A stretch of 64,000 nt of DNA from Microcoleus sp. (lineage in GTDB: Bacteria; Cyanobacteriota; Cyanobacteriia; Cyanobacteriales; Microcoleaceae). Position numbers and translations under genes: made by a program. Shown here piece by piece: positions 31,185 through 41,170 of this stretch. The stretch lies in contig JAYFMW010000014.1 in assembly GCA_042408215.1 (NCBI GenBank), positions 32,001-96,000 of the forward strand, in the 5' to 3' direction. The notes beneath the pieces were generated by a model. That model saw nothing but the letters and a program-made list of their open reading frames with translations, did not search any database and was not told where the DNA came from. Position 1 is the stretch's first letter. Each line of letters starts with the position of its first letter.

Positions 31185-33743
31185 CTAATGTGCCCAGAGA
31201 ATCACGCCAGCTTCATAGGGACTGCTGAGATTGTCGTGCTTCGGCAAAACCCGGAGCGACAAACCTTGCAAGCCGCTAGAAGTATAGGTAATGTCAGCGG
31301 TATAAAGACTAGCATTGTGAGCATCTTCTCCCAAATACTCCATTACCACCGGCACGCCACCGATAATATCGCCGTTAACATCGATCGAACCTTGATAAAG
31401 TTCGACTTGTACGTCAGCCGGCGTCAATCCCATGAGATTAATCCGAGCTTTCACATCGATCGACTGATTGACCTTAACTTCCTTATCCTGGGAAATATCC
31501 ACAGCCTCAATCTTAATATCGTGCCACTTAGCGAGCACCTGCTTCTTCCAGTGAGACAACTCCTTAGCCGGAGCACACTGCTCCGAAGTCATAGTGTGGA
31601 ATCGATCGCTGACTGGGAAATAAGCCCGCCGCGCGTAATCCTTCACCATCCGAGCCGTATTGAACAAAGGACAATTCAAGCGAATAGAATCCTTCATTTT
31701 CGCCGTCCAACCACGGGGAATTCCATCAGAATCCCGGTTGTAAAACAGCGGTACAACTTCCTTCTCCATCAACTCGTACAAAGCATTAGCTTCGACATCA
31801 TCCTGATACTTAGTATCTTCGTAAAACTCCCCATGTCCGATCGGCCAACCGGTGCGAACATAATCCGCCTCATCCCACCAGCCATCAAGAATACTCAGAT
31901 TCGGCAAACCATTCATCGAAGCCTTCATCCCCGAAGTACCCGAAGCCTCCCTAGGGCGGCGCGGCGTATTCAGCCACACATCACAGCCAGAAACCATCAT
32001 CCGAGCCACGTTAATGTCGTAATTCGGAAGGAACACCATCGAACTCATCGTGTCGTGTTCGCGGATAAAGTGAACAATATCCCGAATCAATTCCTTACCC
32101 GGAATATCCATCGGGTGAGCCTTCCCAGCAATCACAAACTGCACCGGGCGGTTTTTGTCCCGCATGATCCGCATAATTCGCTCGACATCGCGCAAAAACA
32201 GCGTAGCCCGCTTATAAGTAGCAAAGCGGCGTGCAAAGCCGATCGTCAGCACCTTCGGATCGAGAGCCTCCCGTGCGTGCTCAATTTCCCCTTGAGCAGC
32301 ACCCCGCTCACGCAAAGTCTTTTGCAGCCACTCCCGCGCGAACACCACCAACTCCGATCGACAGCGTTCATGATTCCGCCACAATTCCTCATCAGGAATC
32401 GAAGCCATCTTATCCCACAGGCGATCGTCCTTGCGAGTCATTTCCCAATCCGGGCCCAGGTAGCGATCGTACAGTTCCTGAGTAGACTTAGCCACACAAC
32501 TGCGAGCGTGTACCCCGTTTGTAATCGAAGTAATCGGCACCTCATCCACCGGCAAACCCGGCCACAGGCCCCCAAACATCGGGCGCGACACCTCACCATG
32601 CAAAGCCGCCACCCCGTTGACAAAACTCGACATTTTAATTGCCAAAATTGCCATATTCAGAGGTGCGGACAAATCGCCAGTATTCTCCCGGCCCAACCCC
32701 AGAAACTCATCTTGCGACAACCCAAACATCCTGGGATATTGACCGAGATAGTGCATCACCATATCCGGCTCGAACAAGTCAAACCCAGCAGGGACTGGCG
32801 TGTGAGTCGTAAACATACTGCTGGACACCACCACCTGTTCCGCTTCCTCAAAAGTCAGGTGATATTCCTCCATCAGCATCCGTATCCGTTCCAAAGCCAT
32901 GAAAGCCGCGTGGCCTTCATTCATGTGATAGGCCGTGACTTTCAGCCCCAGGGCTTTCATCATTTTCACACCACCGATGCCCAGCATAATTTCTTGGTGC
33001 ATCCGCAGGGTTTTATCGCCGCCGTACAGTTGGTCGGTAATATCTTGGTCGTAGCGGCTGTTCGGTTCAATATTCGTATCCATCAGGTACAGAGGGACCG
33101 TACCCACTTGCACCCGCCAAATCCGCGCGTAAACCTTGCGGCCTGGATAGTCCACCTCAATCCGCAATTCCGAACCGTCGGGATTGCGTTCTGGGTGGAG
33201 TGGCATATTGTAGAAATCGTTGAGCGGATAGCGTTCTTGCTGCCAGCCGTCAGCGTTGAGATACTGCGAGAAATAGCCTTCTTGGTAAAGCAGGCCAATG
33301 CCGACTAGGGGCAAGCCCAAATCGCTAGCAGATTTGAGGTGGTCGCCAGCGAGCACGCCCAAACCGCCGGAATAGATGGGCAGGGCTTTGACTAAACCAA
33401 ATTCCATCGAAAAGTAAGCGTAGCATTCATGCTGCTCGGTGCCGCGCTGTTTGCGGTACCAGGCGCGATTTTTGAGGTAATCGTCTAATTGCTGGGCCGC
33501 CCGGTTCATTTGGGCGATGAAGCCTTGGTCTTCGGCCATTTCTTGCAGTCGCTCTTGAGAAATGGTTCCCAGCATCAGCACCGGGTTTTGGTTGCTGGAG
33601 TCCCAGAGGTCTCTATCTAGGCGACGGAAGAGGTCTTTGGTTTCGACGTTCCAGTCCCAGTGCAAGTTGTAGGCAAGCTTGCGTAGGGGTTCGAGAATTG
33701 TCGGTAGGGAAGGGGAAACGTTAAATGTGCGAATCGGCTGCAT
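31185..33743 (-). CDS. glgP: Alpha-glucan (glycogen) phosphorylase
   Basis: YSGGLGVLAGD, NEGH, ARRFATYKR, EASGTSGMK. Confidence 0.95.
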   Translation of the reverse strand: MQPIRTFNVSPSLPTILEPLRKLAYNLHWDWNVETKDLFRRLDRDLWDSSNQNPVLMLGTISQERLQEMAEDQGFIAQMNRAAQQLDDYLKNRAWYRKQRGTEQHECYAYFSMEFGLVKALPIYSGGLGVLAGDHLKSASDLGLPLVGIGLLYQEGYFSQYLNADGWQQERYPLNDFYNMPLHPERNPDGSELRIEVDYPGRKVYARIWRVQVGTVPLYLMDTNIEPNSRYDQDITDQLYGGDKTLRMHQEIMLGIGGVKMMKALGLKVTAYHMNEGHAAFMALERIRMLMEEYHLTFEEAEQVVVSSSMFTTHTPVPAGFDLFEPDMVMHYLGQYPRMFGLSQDEFLGLGRENTGDLSAPLNMAILAIKMSSFVNGVAALHGEVSRPMFGGLWPGLPVDEVPITSITNGVHARSCVAKSTQELYDRYLGPDWEMTRKDDRLWDKMASIPDEELWRNHERCRSELVVFAREWLQKTLRERGAAQGEIEHAREALDPKVLTIGFARRFATYKRATLFLRDVERIMRIMRDKNRPVQFVIAGKAHPMDIPGKELIRDIVHFIREHDTMSSMVFLPNYDINVARMMVSGCDVWLNTPRRPREASGTSGMKASMNGLPNLSILDGWWDEADYVRTGWPIGHGEFYEDTKYQDDVEANALYELMEKEVVPLFYNRDSDGIPRGWTAKMKDSIRLNCPLFNTARMVKDYARRAYFPVSDRFHTMTSEQCAPAKELSHWKKQVLAKWHDIKIEAVDISQDKEVKVNQSIDVKARINLMGLTPADVQVELYQGSIDVNGDIIGGVPVVMEYLGEDAHNASLYTADITYTSSGLQGLSLRVLPKHDNLSSPYEAGVILWAH

Positions 33744-33904
33744 AGACAACTTCTATATTTTGGGGTAGGGATATTTTCCTATGTCTTTGGGTACAAGTCC
33801 GTCAATCTGCACACTATTTTAAGTTTTAACTCGCGGGGGGGCGATCGGCTGTCACCTTAACTTCAACTTCTGTGGCGGTTTTAAGGGCGATCGCCCTTAA
33901 AACC

Positions 33905-34015
33905 GCCCAACGTCTGAGCCAGAAATTTTATTGAGGTTAGCTGCGTCCCATTGGAACAAGGATTGCGCCATCTCCAAGCAACTTTTAGTAACTTCTTCGC
34001 CCGGGTGGATGTCAA
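33905..34015 (+). mobile_element. Internally deleted remnant of the 28858-30125 TnpB element family
   Basis: tgaggttagctgcgtcccattggaacaagg...catct matches tnpB ~29121-29190; ends GGATGTCAA like the right end. Confidence 0.7.
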
Positions 34016-34097
34016 CCCTCCTTGTTTATTCTGGCGGTTGAGGTAGGAACACCAATAAGCTAAACTTGTATCCGATCGCCAAATTAACTACAAGGCA

Positions 34098-34459
34098 GTC
34101 AGCAACTCAGGTCTAAAGACACTGAGCTTGTAAGAAATTATAAGCTGTGCTGACCAGACCCCTCTTCTGAGGAGACGTTATTTAGGTCACGATACCGGAG
34201 AATGCGACGCTAGTTTTCCGCTCTATCATCTGCAATTAAACAGTTTTAAAGTCACTGAAACAGTGTTGCAGGTCTAACAAGCCTTTATAACCAGGTCGAA
34301 GCGAACATTACCCGAAAGGGAAAGAGAGACAACCATATCTCCCTAGAGGGGCAACCATACCCCTCTCCCTCGCAAGGGGGATTGAAGGCGGTTGAAACCG
34401 CCGAGTCGTTTCCCTCTCAGGTCTAAAGACTCTGAGTTTCCCACTTACCGAGCTTTTTT
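34098..34459 (+). mobile_element. Non-autonomous omegaRNA (HEARO-like) element with no ORF, directly before the ATG of the DUF4231 gene
   Basis: GTCAGC...GCTGACCAGACC; hairpin CTCAGGTCTAAAGACNCTGAG at both ends; ends CCCACTTACCGAGCTTTTTT followed by ATGA. Confidence 0.85.
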
Positions 34460-35302
34460 ATGACTACTTCTGCACAGAAAAACCAGACCGAGATTTCCAA
34501 TACAGTCTCATCAAATCCACAAATGTTATCTTTCCTGAAAATTATCGAGTATTTATCCCTAGCTGCTTTTGCTGGTGTATGCCTCCTTACCAGAGTTTTT
34601 CCAGACAATCAACTTGTCGTTATCTGGGGAGCTGTTTTTCTCTCTAGCTTTATTTTTATCTTTCTGACCAATAGACAATTGGCTCAGAACTCTAGGAATC
34701 TGACTAATCAGTTAGAACTCGGAAGAAAAGCTGAATTATATAGTTATCTGTTGAACCCGAATAATTCTTCAGAACACAATCTGATAACTCCCGTGAGAGT
34801 AAAGGCTTTACGATATTGCCAGGAGTTGATTGACGACTATAAAAAGACTAGAGAGACTTCGAGAAATATTTATTATACTTTCCAATTGGCAACCGTTATT
34901 TTATCGGGAGTCACACCAATTTTAGTATTGGTAGACAAATTGGAACCAGGTCAAACTTTGCTCAAGTGGCTGCCCGTAATTTGTCCCGCTGTCGCCTCAA
35001 TAGTCGCCAGTATAGTTACCTCCTTTCCTTTTCAGGAGAATTGGATTTCTGCTAACACGACTGTGGAATTGTTAGAAGCGGAACAGGAGAAATTTATATT
35101 GGGAGTGACTCCGGCTTATCGTTGCTATGATGTAGCCGACGAAGCCCAACATCAACAAATGACAAAAATGGCAATAGAAAACTTTATCAATCAGGTGAAT
35201 GAAATTCATCTCAAGCAAATCCAAAAACCAGATGAGACACGATCAAATGAGCAGAATACAGAGCCCGATCAATCTACTGAGTCAAAGCAGGGGCAGAGTT
35301 AA
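34460..35302 (+). CDS. DUF4231 (SLATT-like) membrane protein
   Basis: Two N-terminal TMs, then a helix, a TM pair and ENW...ELLEAEQEKF. Confidence 0.7.
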   Translation: MTTSAQKNQTEISNTVSSNPQMLSFLKIIEYLSLAAFAGVCLLTRVFPDNQLVVIWGAVFLSSFIFIFLTNRQLAQNSRNLTNQLELGRKAELYSYLLNPNNSSEHNLITPVRVKALRYCQELIDDYKKTRETSRNIYYTFQLATVILSGVTPILVLVDKLEPGQTLLKWLPVICPAVASIVASIVTSFPFQENWISANTTVELLEAEQEKFILGVTPAYRCYDVADEAQHQQMTKMAIENFINQVNEIHLKQIQKPDETRSNEQNTEPDQSTESKQGQS

Positions 35303-35342
35303 CGAAGCTGACCATAAGCTGTGACGCAGATCGATCGTATAA

Positions 35343-35422
35343 TAGACATCTCCCAAAAATGCTGTCAAAGGCAGGCAGGATGCCTAACCCCTACCCCCCA
35401 CAGGAATTATGGGAGATGTCTA
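35343..35422. repeat. Small MITE-like element with TIR TAGACATCTCCC/GGGAGATGTCTA
   Basis: Perfect 12-bp inverted ends; related copy ~57643-57713. Confidence 0.7.
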
Positions 35423-35496
35423 ATAGAAAGACAAGACAAGTAATTGCTGCACAATCGGTTCTACCAAAGATGCAGAGGCTCTCACCGAAAGACGAG

Positions 35497-36914
35497 CGGG
35501 AAGCCCCTGGCTTTAGACATGGGGAGGAACGTGGTTGCGACTTACTTGAGGAGCCTGTATTTTTCTTGTCTTTTTAATCATTTGATAGCAGGTGAGAAGG
35601 TATAATACAAAAAGGAGGTAACAAAAATGTTTGGCTGCCAACAAAATCTAATTAGCCCTGATAAAGACCTCAAAGCAATTCTAGAATTCCTGTGCAGTGA
35701 GTCATCAAAATTGACTAATTGCGGAATCTATTACGCTCGTCAAATGTATTTCAAAACAGGTAAAATACCTAGTAGAGCCGAATTGCATAAAGTATTAGGC
35801 ACTGAAAATCGCAATTTGCACTACCAAGCATTTTATTCGGATACTGCACAGCAGATTCTAACTACTGTCGCCGAGTCTTTTAAGTCCTACATTGGACTAT
35901 TAAAAGGCATTAAGGCAGGGACAGTAACTCAAAAGCCTAGACTACCCAATTATCGACAAGGTGGTCTAGCTTTGGTGACGTATACATGGCGCTCTGTAAA
36001 GCTAAAAGACGGGCTATTGAGATTTCCGCTAGGTACGCAGTTAAAAGCCTGGTTCGGACTGGATGCTTTTTATCTACCTATGCCTACAAACTTAGACCAC
36101 ACAGCAATCAGAGAGTATCGAATTCTACCTAGAAACGGCTGTTTTTACTTGGAATTAATCTACAAAACTGAGAATATTGAAGCAGATGTAGACCCATCTA
36201 AAGCTTTGATGATCGACCACGGAATGAACAATTGGCTGACTTGTGTCAGTAATATAGGGACTAGCTTTATTATTGATGGTTTGCATCTGAAGTCGATCAA
36301 TCAAGGATACAATAAGCGTGTTGCTTTTTTGACGGAAGGGAAAGCGAATGGCTATTGGTCAAAACGACTTGAGCGATTGACTGAAAATCGCAATCGGACG
36401 ATGCGAGATGCTGTCAACAAAGCTGCTCGGAAGGTGATTAATCATTGTTTAGTCAACAATCTGGGTACTGTGATATGCGGCTGGAATGCTGGGATGAAAA
36501 ATGGTCTGAATCTGGGAGCTAAAACTAACCAAAAGTTTGTTCAGATTCCAACTGGCAGACTCAAGGATAGAATCGCTCAATTGTGCGAGCAGTATAGAAT
36601 TCGTTTTGTAGAAACTGAGGAGTCCTATACATCGAAAGCTTCGTTTATCGATCGAGATGTGCTACCTAAATTCTGCGAAAAACCAGAAGGGTGGCAACCT
36701 TGCGGTAAACGAATTCAGCGCGGATTGTATAGGACTTTTGAAGGTTTGTTAATTAATGCAGATTGCAATGGTGCAGCTAATATCGGTCGAAAAGTAGCGG
36801 CAACCTTGGGGCTTTGTCTTAAGGGAGTCAGTAGAGGTGCCTTGATAACGCCTTTGAAAGTCCCTTTGTGGTCTTAATCAAGAATCCCCCCGATTCATCG
36901 GTGGGGAGTATCAA
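35497..36914 (+). mobile_element. IS200/IS605-family TnpB-only element (left boundary approximate)
   Basis: Left hairpin CCCCTGGCTTTAGACATGGGG; right end CCCCCCGATTCATCGGTGGGGAGTATCAA. Confidence 0.75.
35627..36877 (+). CDS. tnpB: RNA-guided endonuclease TnpB (cyanobacterial MFGCQQ clade)
   Basis: IDHG (RuvC-I), EESYTSK, INADCNGAANI; AGGAGG RBS. Confidence 0.9.
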   Translation: MFGCQQNLISPDKDLKAILEFLCSESSKLTNCGIYYARQMYFKTGKIPSRAELHKVLGTENRNLHYQAFYSDTAQQILTTVAESFKSYIGLLKGIKAGTVTQKPRLPNYRQGGLALVTYTWRSVKLKDGLLRFPLGTQLKAWFGLDAFYLPMPTNLDHTAIREYRILPRNGCFYLELIYKTENIEADVDPSKALMIDHGMNNWLTCVSNIGTSFIIDGLHLKSINQGYNKRVAFLTEGKANGYWSKRLERLTENRNRTMRDAVNKAARKVINHCLVNNLGTVICGWNAGMKNGLNLGAKTNQKFVQIPTGRLKDRIAQLCEQYRIRFVETEESYTSKASFIDRDVLPKFCEKPEGWQPCGKRIQRGLYRTFEGLLINADCNGAANIGRKVAATLGLCLKGVSRGALITPLKVPLWS

Positions 36915-36942
36915 TTAGCCCGATCGCCCTCACCGCTCCTTC

Positions 36943-39900
36943 TCAAGCAATTTTCGCCTTCTTCAACCAATAATTTACCAACAGCTTGCTAGCATCATTT
37001 ACTGATAGTGCACGGCTGAAATAATGACCCTGAATTTCTTGACAGTGGAGCGATCGCAAACACTCCAACTGCTCTTGAGTTTCTACTCCTTCTGCTACCA
37101 CGCTCAAGTTCAAATCTCGCCCCAGAGTTGCTACGGCATTTGCGATCGCCCTTTCGCAGGGATCTGTCGTCATTTCGCTGACAAAGGATTTGTCTATTTT
37201 TAAGATATTCAGGGGAAACTTTTTGAGATAATTTAGAGAACAATAACCCGTTCCGAAATCATCCAGCGCAATCTGCACACCCATATTCTGCAAATCCTTC
37301 AGAACTTTTGTGGTATAATCCACATCTTGCATTGCTGTAGTCTCCGTAATTTCCAACTCTAAATACTTGGGTTCTAAACCAGTTTTATCCAAACATTTGG
37401 TCACCATTTCTAATAAATTAAATTGCTGGAACTGCCTAGCAGAAAAGTTAACTGCTATCCGCAAATCTGGCTGCAAGGCATCCTGCCAAGCTTTATTTTG
37501 GGTACAGGCAGTTTCCAGTACCCATTCGCCAATAGCTACAATTAGTCCGTTCTCTTCGGCGATCGGAATAAATGTACCCGGAGAAACTAAACCCAATTCT
37601 GGGTGATGCCAGCGCAGCAGGGCTTCCATGCCCTGTATTTTCCAAGTAGTGATGTTGACTTTTGGCTGGTAGTAAACCTCAAATTCTCCCTTTTGTAGAG
37701 CGTCGTGCAACCGGTTTTCTAGAGTTAGCAACTGACTGCCTTGGGGATTAATAGTTGAAGTATAAAACTGATAGTTATTTCTTCCCCTTTCTTTAGCGCG
37801 GTACAAGGCTGCATCTGCATTTTTGACTAAAGTTTCGGCATCCTCCCCATCTTCGGGATAGATGGCAATGCCGATGCTGCTGGTGACGTGCAGTGACTGT
37901 TCTTCCAGTTTAAATACTGGCTTTAAATTCTCTTGTATTCTTTGAGCCATTTTGACTGCATCTTCTAGGGAATTGATGTCTGGTAGTAGCACAGTAAATT
38001 CGTCCCCTCCCCAGCGGGCTACGGTATCAGTAGATCGCAAACTGTCGCTGATCCGTGCGGCAAAACTTTCCAACAGTCGATCGCCCGCTGCGTGACCTAG
38101 TGTATCATTAATCTTTTTGAATCTGTCTAAGTCTAAAAACATCACAGCCAGCATTGTTTGGCTGTTGCGAGGCTTGGTTAATGCCGCCAATAGACGCTCA
38201 TTAAAAAGTAGGCGATTCGGCAAACCAGTTAATTGGTCATAAACAGCTTGATAGCGAATAATTGCTTCAGATTGCTTGCGCTGAGTGATGTCCATCATCG
38301 TGCCGATAGCGCGCACTGCTTTGCCGCTTTCATTACGGATTATATATCCCCGATCTAGCACAAAAACATATCCGCCATCGGCACGGCGAAAGCTGTATTC
38401 CTCCGACCAACATTGAGCGTCACCGTTGATTGTTTCATTGAAGCTCGCGATCACTTTTTCCATTTCTTCAGGATGAATATTTCGCCGCCAAAATTCGACT
38501 CTTATTGTCTGATATTCATTGAGTTTATGTCCAAATAATTTCTCAAATTCTCCGCTCACCCAATACTGATTTTTGGACAAATTCAAGTCCCAAACTGCAT
38601 CATTTGTGGCTCGCGTCAGCAGGTTAAAGCGTTCTTCGCTTTTGCGCAGTGCTTCTTCTGAACGCAGCCGTTCAGTTACATCTCGAAAGCTGAACACTCT
38701 ACCAGTAATTTTTCCTCCTGTGCGCTGCGGGAGCGAGTACCGCTCGAAGATTCTACCGTCTTTAAATTCGATAATATCGAAACTTTCTGCTTCCGGTCGC
38801 TCGGACAATTCTTGAGCGCTGTTTAGAAAGATTTCCGGGTATTTTAACTGATTGATTCCGCAGCCAAAAATTTGGTTATTATCTCGGGAATCGAGCCAGA
38901 AATCCGGCAGTTGCCACAGCTGGGCAAACTTACGATTAAAGCTGACAATTTTTCCTGTACTGTCAACTGCAAGAATGCCATCCGCCGTAGATTCAATTGT
39001 TGCTTGAAGTAAGGAAAGAGATGTTTCTAGTTCTAACTCTGCTAGTTTGCGATCGCTAATATCAAAAGCCGTGACTAAGATTGACGCTTTGCTCTCGAAT
39101 TTAATCAGATTTAATGTTGCTTCAATCCAGCATTTATCCTCCGTTTTTGTAAGAATTTGAATTTCATACTTTGAGCTAATATCTTCTCTCTGCTGGGTGA
39201 TTTTACCCCAATTTTTAACTATCGGTATAAAATCGGGATGAATTAAGTCGTATAAATCTACGGCTAGCAATTCTTCGCGAGTATATCCGGTAATAGCTGA
39301 TGTCTGAGAATTGACATAACGCAATTGCCGGCCTTGATAGATAAATGCAGCAGCATTAACAGTGTCTGCTAGTTGCCGAAACTTCTTTTCACTGCGACGC
39401 AAATCTCTTTCTACCCGCTTGTGTTCCGTAATATCTTGCGCTACATATAACTTGCCGCTTACCTCGCCTTTCCCGTCGCGAATAGTTGAAATAGAAAGCA
39501 GTACAATTATTTTTTGTCCCTGTTTCGATAAGTAAACTTTCTCGATGTTGTGCAGCAAACCTTCAGGTGTTAAATTTTCTAATTCTAACACTGAAAACGG
39601 GAATTCTGTTTTGTTGAAAACTCTGGATATTGATTGACCGATTAACTCTTTTTTAGAGTATCCTAAAAGTTGACAGGTAGCTTGATTTAACGACAGGATA
39701 TGACCTCCCGGCGTGGTCGCAATTATGGAAACACTCATTTCCTCGCAAATATCGAGTGCGTATTCCGCAGTTTGCTGCAAATCTTGGGTCATTTTTGTAA
39801 GAGTATCCCCGAGTTCCTGTTCTTGTTTTTGATGAAAAACTTTTTGGCCTAACCTTGGATAGTCATTGTCAGTTTCAGACTTCGGTTTGATTGACTCGAT

Positions 39901-40254
39901 CGCCTGAGCTAACATATTGGGTATATTCTTCCTCATTAATAAGGAGATGAATACCGAAATAAACGCCAGAGAAGAGCTAATTTTTGTGAAACTATAACCA
40001 TCATTTGGGGGGGGATTTTCTGCCGTCGATCCGAGATAGTTTTCCTGCGGATTCACAGGCTGCATTTGGGATGAGCGACCCCCTAATTCTGCCCTTGTAA
40101 AAATACTCGGACGAGATGCCGTTGCTACAGTTTCTGCTACAGCCAGAGTCCCGTTGATATCTGCTGCTGGTAGCATTTTTATATTGCTCCGACCTTCTAT
40201 ACTAAAAATAGCAGTAATTAAACATCCTAACAGTAATTTACCAGTAATTTTCAT
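36943..40254 (-). CDS. Multi-PAS diguanylate cyclase/phosphodiesterase
   Basis: Several PAS/PAC repeats, GGDEF, EAL, DDFGTG. Confidence 0.93.
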   Translation of the reverse strand: MKITGKLLLGCLITAIFSIEGRSNIKMLPAADINGTLAVAETVATASRPSIFTRAELGGRSSQMQPVNPQENYLGSTAENPPPNDGYSFTKISSSLAFISVFISLLMRKNIPNMLAQAIESIKPKSETDNDYPRLGQKVFHQKQEQELGDTLTKMTQDLQQTAEYALDICEEMSVSIIATTPGGHILSLNQATCQLLGYSKKELIGQSISRVFNKTEFPFSVLELENLTPEGLLHNIEKVYLSKQGQKIIVLLSISTIRDGKGEVSGKLYVAQDITEHKRVERDLRRSEKKFRQLADTVNAAAFIYQGRQLRYVNSQTSAITGYTREELLAVDLYDLIHPDFIPIVKNWGKITQQREDISSKYEIQILTKTEDKCWIEATLNLIKFESKASILVTAFDISDRKLAELELETSLSLLQATIESTADGILAVDSTGKIVSFNRKFAQLWQLPDFWLDSRDNNQIFGCGINQLKYPEIFLNSAQELSERPEAESFDIIEFKDGRIFERYSLPQRTGGKITGRVFSFRDVTERLRSEEALRKSEERFNLLTRATNDAVWDLNLSKNQYWVSGEFEKLFGHKLNEYQTIRVEFWRRNIHPEEMEKVIASFNETINGDAQCWSEEYSFRRADGGYVFVLDRGYIIRNESGKAVRAIGTMMDITQRKQSEAIIRYQAVYDQLTGLPNRLLFNERLLAALTKPRNSQTMLAVMFLDLDRFKKINDTLGHAAGDRLLESFAARISDSLRSTDTVARWGGDEFTVLLPDINSLEDAVKMAQRIQENLKPVFKLEEQSLHVTSSIGIAIYPEDGEDAETLVKNADAALYRAKERGRNNYQFYTSTINPQGSQLLTLENRLHDALQKGEFEVYYQPKVNITTWKIQGMEALLRWHHPELGLVSPGTFIPIAEENGLIVAIGEWVLETACTQNKAWQDALQPDLRIAVNFSARQFQQFNLLEMVTKCLDKTGLEPKYLELEITETTAMQDVDYTTKVLKDLQNMGVQIALDDFGTGYCSLNYLKKFPLNILKIDKSFVSEMTTDPCERAIANAVATLGRDLNLSVVAEGVETQEQLECLRSLHCQEIQGHYFSRALSVNDASKLLVNYWLKKAKIA

Positions 40255-40574
40255 GGCACTTAATTCCTGATTTAAAAAAATGGCCAGCGGTAAAAGAGCT
40301 AAAAAAATTGAGTAGAACCTGTCCTGTGTGAGTCAAACCGAAACCAACTTAATTTAACTTAATTTTTTAACTTGAATCTTCACAGAATCAGAAAATTAGC
40401 CAGAACCATAATTATAATTATAATCTGAATTTAAAATGTGTCATCAGTCCTTAGACCGAGACACCACCTGCGATCGCGCTAAAATGAGATATTTTTAACA
40501 GGGAGGCGTCCTGGATTTGTTGGAAAAATAAATAATTAGCTTAAAATCGATGCAGAGGCCCACTAATTGAACCT

Positions 40575-41147
40575 ATGAGTCAGACAATCCCAGAACTCCA
40601 AACAGAAGTCCGCACCCTGCAAGCAGAAATTGTCACCCTGCGAGAGTCGCGGGAAAAACTTGGCAAACAGCGCTCCTTGTGCCGCATCGCAGTCAGTTTT
40701 CCCAAGGATAATACCCCGGAAGCCATTGCCGAGTTCCACCAGCAAAATGCTGCTTTTGGGGAGCAGTGGTTGCAGCAACTCGAAGAGATTGACCGAGAAA
40801 TCAGAACTATTGAAAAGCAATTGCCACAAAAACAGCTTCTAATTGAATACAAACAAGCTGAAATCGAAAAAATACTGGCTGGACAGCACTGGCAAGAAAT
40901 AGAAAATAAAATTCAGATGGGGGAAGAGCGCTTGCAGGCACAAACTCGCCGGATCAATCAGATAGCAGCGCAGCTAGAGGCTGAAATACGGACTTTAAAA
41001 GCGCTATCTGATGAGTTCAGTCCCAGTTATGCTGAGTGGTTTCAACAACCAACTCAAATCGTTAAATTTTCGGCAAAAACTATCCCTCAAGCTGTTGCTA
41101 AAAACAACGGCTTTGTCCTAGAAAGTAAGGAGATAGACTGGGAGTAA
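40575..41147 (+). CDS. Hypothetical coiled-coil protein
   Basis: 190 aa E/Q/L-rich ORF. Confidence 0.65.
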   Translation: MSQTIPELQTEVRTLQAEIVTLRESREKLGKQRSLCRIAVSFPKDNTPEAIAEFHQQNAAFGEQWLQQLEEIDREIRTIEKQLPQKQLLIEYKQAEIEKILAGQHWQEIENKIQMGEERLQAQTRRINQIAAQLEAEIRTLKALSDEFSPSYAEWFQQPTQIVKFSAKTIPQAVAKNNGFVLESKEIDWE

Positions 41148-41170
41148 AAATAAATATTTTTGATATAGTA

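Noticed and set aside
31188..33308. 706-aa ORF on the + strand
   Set aside because: Antisense shadow of glgP, explained by codon bias; no recognisable motifs
33951..33960. TTGGAACAAG match to the predicted guide of the first TnpB
   Set aside because: Only 10 nt, no matching TAM, and it lies within the tnpB-derived remnant; likely chance
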